DNA of 64,000 nt, taken from assembly GCA_903896545.1 (NCBI GenBank), contig CAITYF010000197.1:11665-75664 (forward strand), read 5' to 3'. A model generated the notes under the pieces. It did no database searches and was not told where the DNA came from. It worked only from the letters and a program-made list of their open reading frames with translations. Positions 61,610 to 64,000 of this stretch are shown piece by piece. The translations under genes and the position numbers were made by a program. The first letter of the stretch is position 1. Each line of letters begins with the position of its first letter. This DNA comes from an uncultured Myxococcales bacterium. Its GTDB lineage: Bacteria; Myxococcota_A; UBA9042.

Positions 61610-62293
61610 TTACGCCACGGCGCGCACGACTTCCAGCCACGCTTGCAGCCACAGTCTGCCTGCACCGCAGCCATCATTCCAGCCCATTTCCGGATGAAAT
61701 TGGCTCGCGAGGATGGGCCGCCGACGGTGCGCGATCGCCTCCACCGGAGTCACGGCGCTGTGTCCCAAGGTGACAAACGCGCTTGGCGTCGCTGCGACTT
61801 GTTCGACGTGGCTCTCAAAGCACCGCCCCCCGGATTCTGGCCAACGCAGCAGCGCGCGCCGGGCGGCGTCGGGCAGCCACGAGGGCAACGCGCTTACGTC
61901 CAGCGCCACGGGCAGCGGACCGCGCACCTTACGCAGTCCGTCGTAACTCGCGCCGAGATCTTCGCCAAACGTCGTTTCCAGCTTGCCGCCCCAAGCAAGC
62001 GCCAGCGCCTGCATGCCACCGCAAACGCCCAGCACCGGACCTGGAAACACTTCAACGAGCGCCCGCAACCATGGGAGAAACGCGCGGTCGTAGGCGGCAA
62101 ACGGTGTGCCTTGGGGACCGAGCACCAGCGCGGTCGTCCGGGCGAGCAAGGCGGGATCGCGGCGAATTTCCGCGAAATGCACAAGCGTCACTTCAGCTTT
62201 GGGCAACAGAATCTCAAGCGCTTCGGCAATGCGCTCGCAACCACCCCGTTCGCCGGCTTGCAAGTTCAGATTGCAGATCAAGATCTTGACCAT
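61610..62293 (-). CDS. Class I glutamine amidotransferase-like protein
   Basis: LGVCGGMQ nucleophile elbow, SH, QFHPE. Confidence 0.85.
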   Translation of the reverse strand: MVKILICNLNLQAGERGGCERIAEALEILLPKAEVTLVHFAEIRRDPALLARTTALVLGPQGTPFAAYDRAFLPWLRALVEVFPGPVLGVCGGMQALALAWGGKLETTFGEDLGASYDGLRKVRGPLPVALDVSALPSWLPDAARRALLRWPESGGRCFESHVEQVAATPSAFVTLGHSAVTPVEAIAHRRRPILASQFHPEMGWNDGCGAGRLWLQAWLEVVRAVA

Positions 62294-62296
62294 CGC

Positions 62297-63232
62297 TCAG
62301 CCATCTCTGCGCTTGGGAATGGGCTCGCCCGGCAGCAGCCCGTCGGGTAGGCAGACACCGGGCGCATTCCACCAAGATTCAAGCAGATGTGCAATCGTTC
62401 CGGGCTGTTCATGGTGCAGGTTGTGTCCAGCGCCCATCAACACGCCCGCGTGGAGCCGCGGCACCACGGCGTGACGCGTTGGCAGATCCGGCGGCAGCCA
62501 TTCACTGTGTTCCGCGTAGACAGAAAGCACCGGCATCGGCAGGTTCGCCCACAAGCGCAGCGCTTCATCGAGGCGAAATGGCCGCGCCGAGGGCGTGCGG
62601 TGCAGCGGATCGTGCCGCCACGCCAGACCGCCGGGAACGCGCTCGGTGTTGGTCTGCGCCAGTCGCAGCGCCATGTCCGCCGGCAGCCGATGATTGGCTT
62701 TTTGCAGCCGCGCAGCAGCGTCCTCCAGCGTTGCCATCGCGCGCCGGTTCGCCTTCCGGTCGTTCGCATCGCCGACCAATCCGGGCTGCAGTTGTGCGTC
62801 CAGCCAGGCCTCCAGCCGCGAAGGCCACGCCTCGACCGGGTTCTCCAGCGGGCCCATGCCGTCCAGCAGGGCGAGGCTTTGGACGCGCCCCGGCCGGACT
62901 GCCAGGAGCGCAGTCGTGATCATGCCGCCCATCGAGTGGCCCACGACGTGATCGGGCGCGTAATGGCACAGGAGTCCGTCCAAATCGTGCCAAAAATCGG
63001 CGAAGTGGTAGAAGCCGCCGGAACCGACCCACGCCGATTCGCCGTGCCCGCGCGCGTCGGGCGCAATCACGTGCCAGCGGTCACACACGCGCTCGGCGAT
63101 TGCCGCAAAGCTTTTGCCGTGGTCCAAAAAACCGTGGTGAAAAAGGACCTTGGGCAGCGCAGGATCGCCCCAACGGTGGACAGCCAGCGGCAAACCGCGT
63201 ACGGAGTGAAAATCAGTCTGGATGGGCGACAC
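62297..63232 (-). CDS. Alpha/beta hydrolase
   Basis: HGFLD, PDARGHG, GHSMGG, AGHNLHHE; GTG start after AAGGAG. Confidence 0.88.
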   Translation of the reverse strand: MSPIQTDFHSVRGLPLAVHRWGDPALPKVLFHHGFLDHGKSFAAIAERVCDRWHVIAPDARGHGESAWVGSGGFYHFADFWHDLDGLLCHYAPDHVVGHSMGGMITTALLAVRPGRVQSLALLDGMGPLENPVEAWPSRLEAWLDAQLQPGLVGDANDRKANRRAMATLEDAAARLQKANHRLPADMALRLAQTNTERVPGGLAWRHDPLHRTPSARPFRLDEALRLWANLPMPVLSVYAEHSEWLPPDLPTRHAVVPRLHAGVLMGAGHNLHHEQPGTIAHLLESWWNAPGVCLPDGLLPGEPIPKRRDG

Positions 63233-63350
63233 AGTGCTCCTTCGCGGCTGCCGCTTGCGAGCATGGGCGGCGCGAGGCGGAAGTGTCAAATGCCCTTGCA
63301 CCGGCGCGTGGAACGGCCTACGGTGCAGCGTTCTCGACAGCAGGCAACCG

Positions 63351-64000
63351 ATGACGCAACTCCCGTTCCCGGACATGATGACGCCCCACGGCTTGATGCC
63401 GAGTGATCCGGTCTTGACCGCGCCGAGTCGGCAAGTGCTGAAATGGATTGGTAATAAGCACAAAGTCGCGGCCGCTATCGCCGCGTCCTTTCCGACCGAT
63501 TTCCGCCGCTACTACGAGCCGTTCATCGGTTCGGCCGCCGTTCTGGGCACGCTGGCACCGCGCGATGCAGTGGCCTCGGACGTGCTCGCGCCGCTCGTCG
63601 CGATTTGGCAGCGTGTGCAAGCCGATCCGCAGGCTGTGTACGCCGCGTATGAAGCGCGCTTTCAAGCGTTCACGACGCAAGACCGCAAGGTCGTTTACCG
63701 CGCCATTTTGGACCGCTACAACGCGACGGGCGACCCGGACGATCTGCTTTTTGTCGCGCGGACGTGTTACGGCGGCGTGATTCGTTTTGACCGCAAAGGC
63801 ACGATGAACACGCCCTGCGGTGTGCACGCAGCGCTTCCGCTCAAGAAGTTCGCGGAGGCTCTGGCCCAATGGCAGCCGAGGCTGGCGGGAACGCGCTTTG
63901 TTGTCGGCGATTTTGAGACGCAGATCGACGACGCGGGACCGGGAGACCTGGTCTACTGCGACCCGCCGTATCAGGACTGCGGCAAGAATCTCTACGGCGC
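63351..64000 (+). CDS. Dam/D12-class DNA adenine methyltransferase, 3' end beyond window (start uncertain)
   Basis: Manual translation: LKWIGNK, YYEPFIGSAAV, GDLVYCDPPY. Absent from the ORF track. Confidence 0.88.
   Translation, partial: MTQLPFPDMMTPHGLMPSDPVLTAPSRQVLKWIGNKHKVAAAIAASFPTDFRRYYEPFIGSAAVLGTLAPRDAVASDVLAPLVAIWQRVQADPQAVYAAYEARFQAFTTQDRKVVYRAILDRYNATGDPDDLLFVARTCYGGVIRFDRKGTMNTPCGVHAALPLKKFAEALAQWQPRLAGTRFVVGDFETQIDDAGPGDLVYCDPPYQDCGKNLYG

Overview
GC-rich bacterial chromosomal window. The many Cys-rich lipoproteins with acidic linkers and the sigma54 promoters suggest a Myxococcota/deltaproteobacterium-like organism (inference only). About 50 CDS. Recognisable blocks: an MscS fragment, a tandem DsbA, a lipid-catabolism-type cluster, an MlaE/MlaF/MlaD/PqiC-type MCE transporter whose PqiC is fused to a probable outer-membrane barrel, a RAYT-like HUH transposase, a complete oleABCD olefin cluster, 2-oxoacid dehydrogenase E1 alpha/beta plus thiolase, a DegT aminotransferase, a stand-alone gyrB, a lipoprotein protein-arginine deiminase, cphA followed by an ATP-grasp-less CphA paralogue, and a truncated Dam-type methylase. 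Most notable structure seen directly in the DNA: (i) two duplicated transcription units (enhancer-like box, sigma54-type promoter, 5' hairpin, 89-aa membrane protein, terminator) flanking a radical SAM gene; (ii) three copies of a 149-bp element, each containing the TAA stop of the adjacent gene; (iii) four copies of a REP-like palindrome, one next to the RAYT; (iv) a 328-bp direct duplication with almost only synonymous differences around an Lcl-domain gene and an IS91-like remnant; (v) a candidate toxin/immunity pair. No rRNA, tRNA or CRISPR array was seen. All family calls come from motif recognition by eye, not from database searches.
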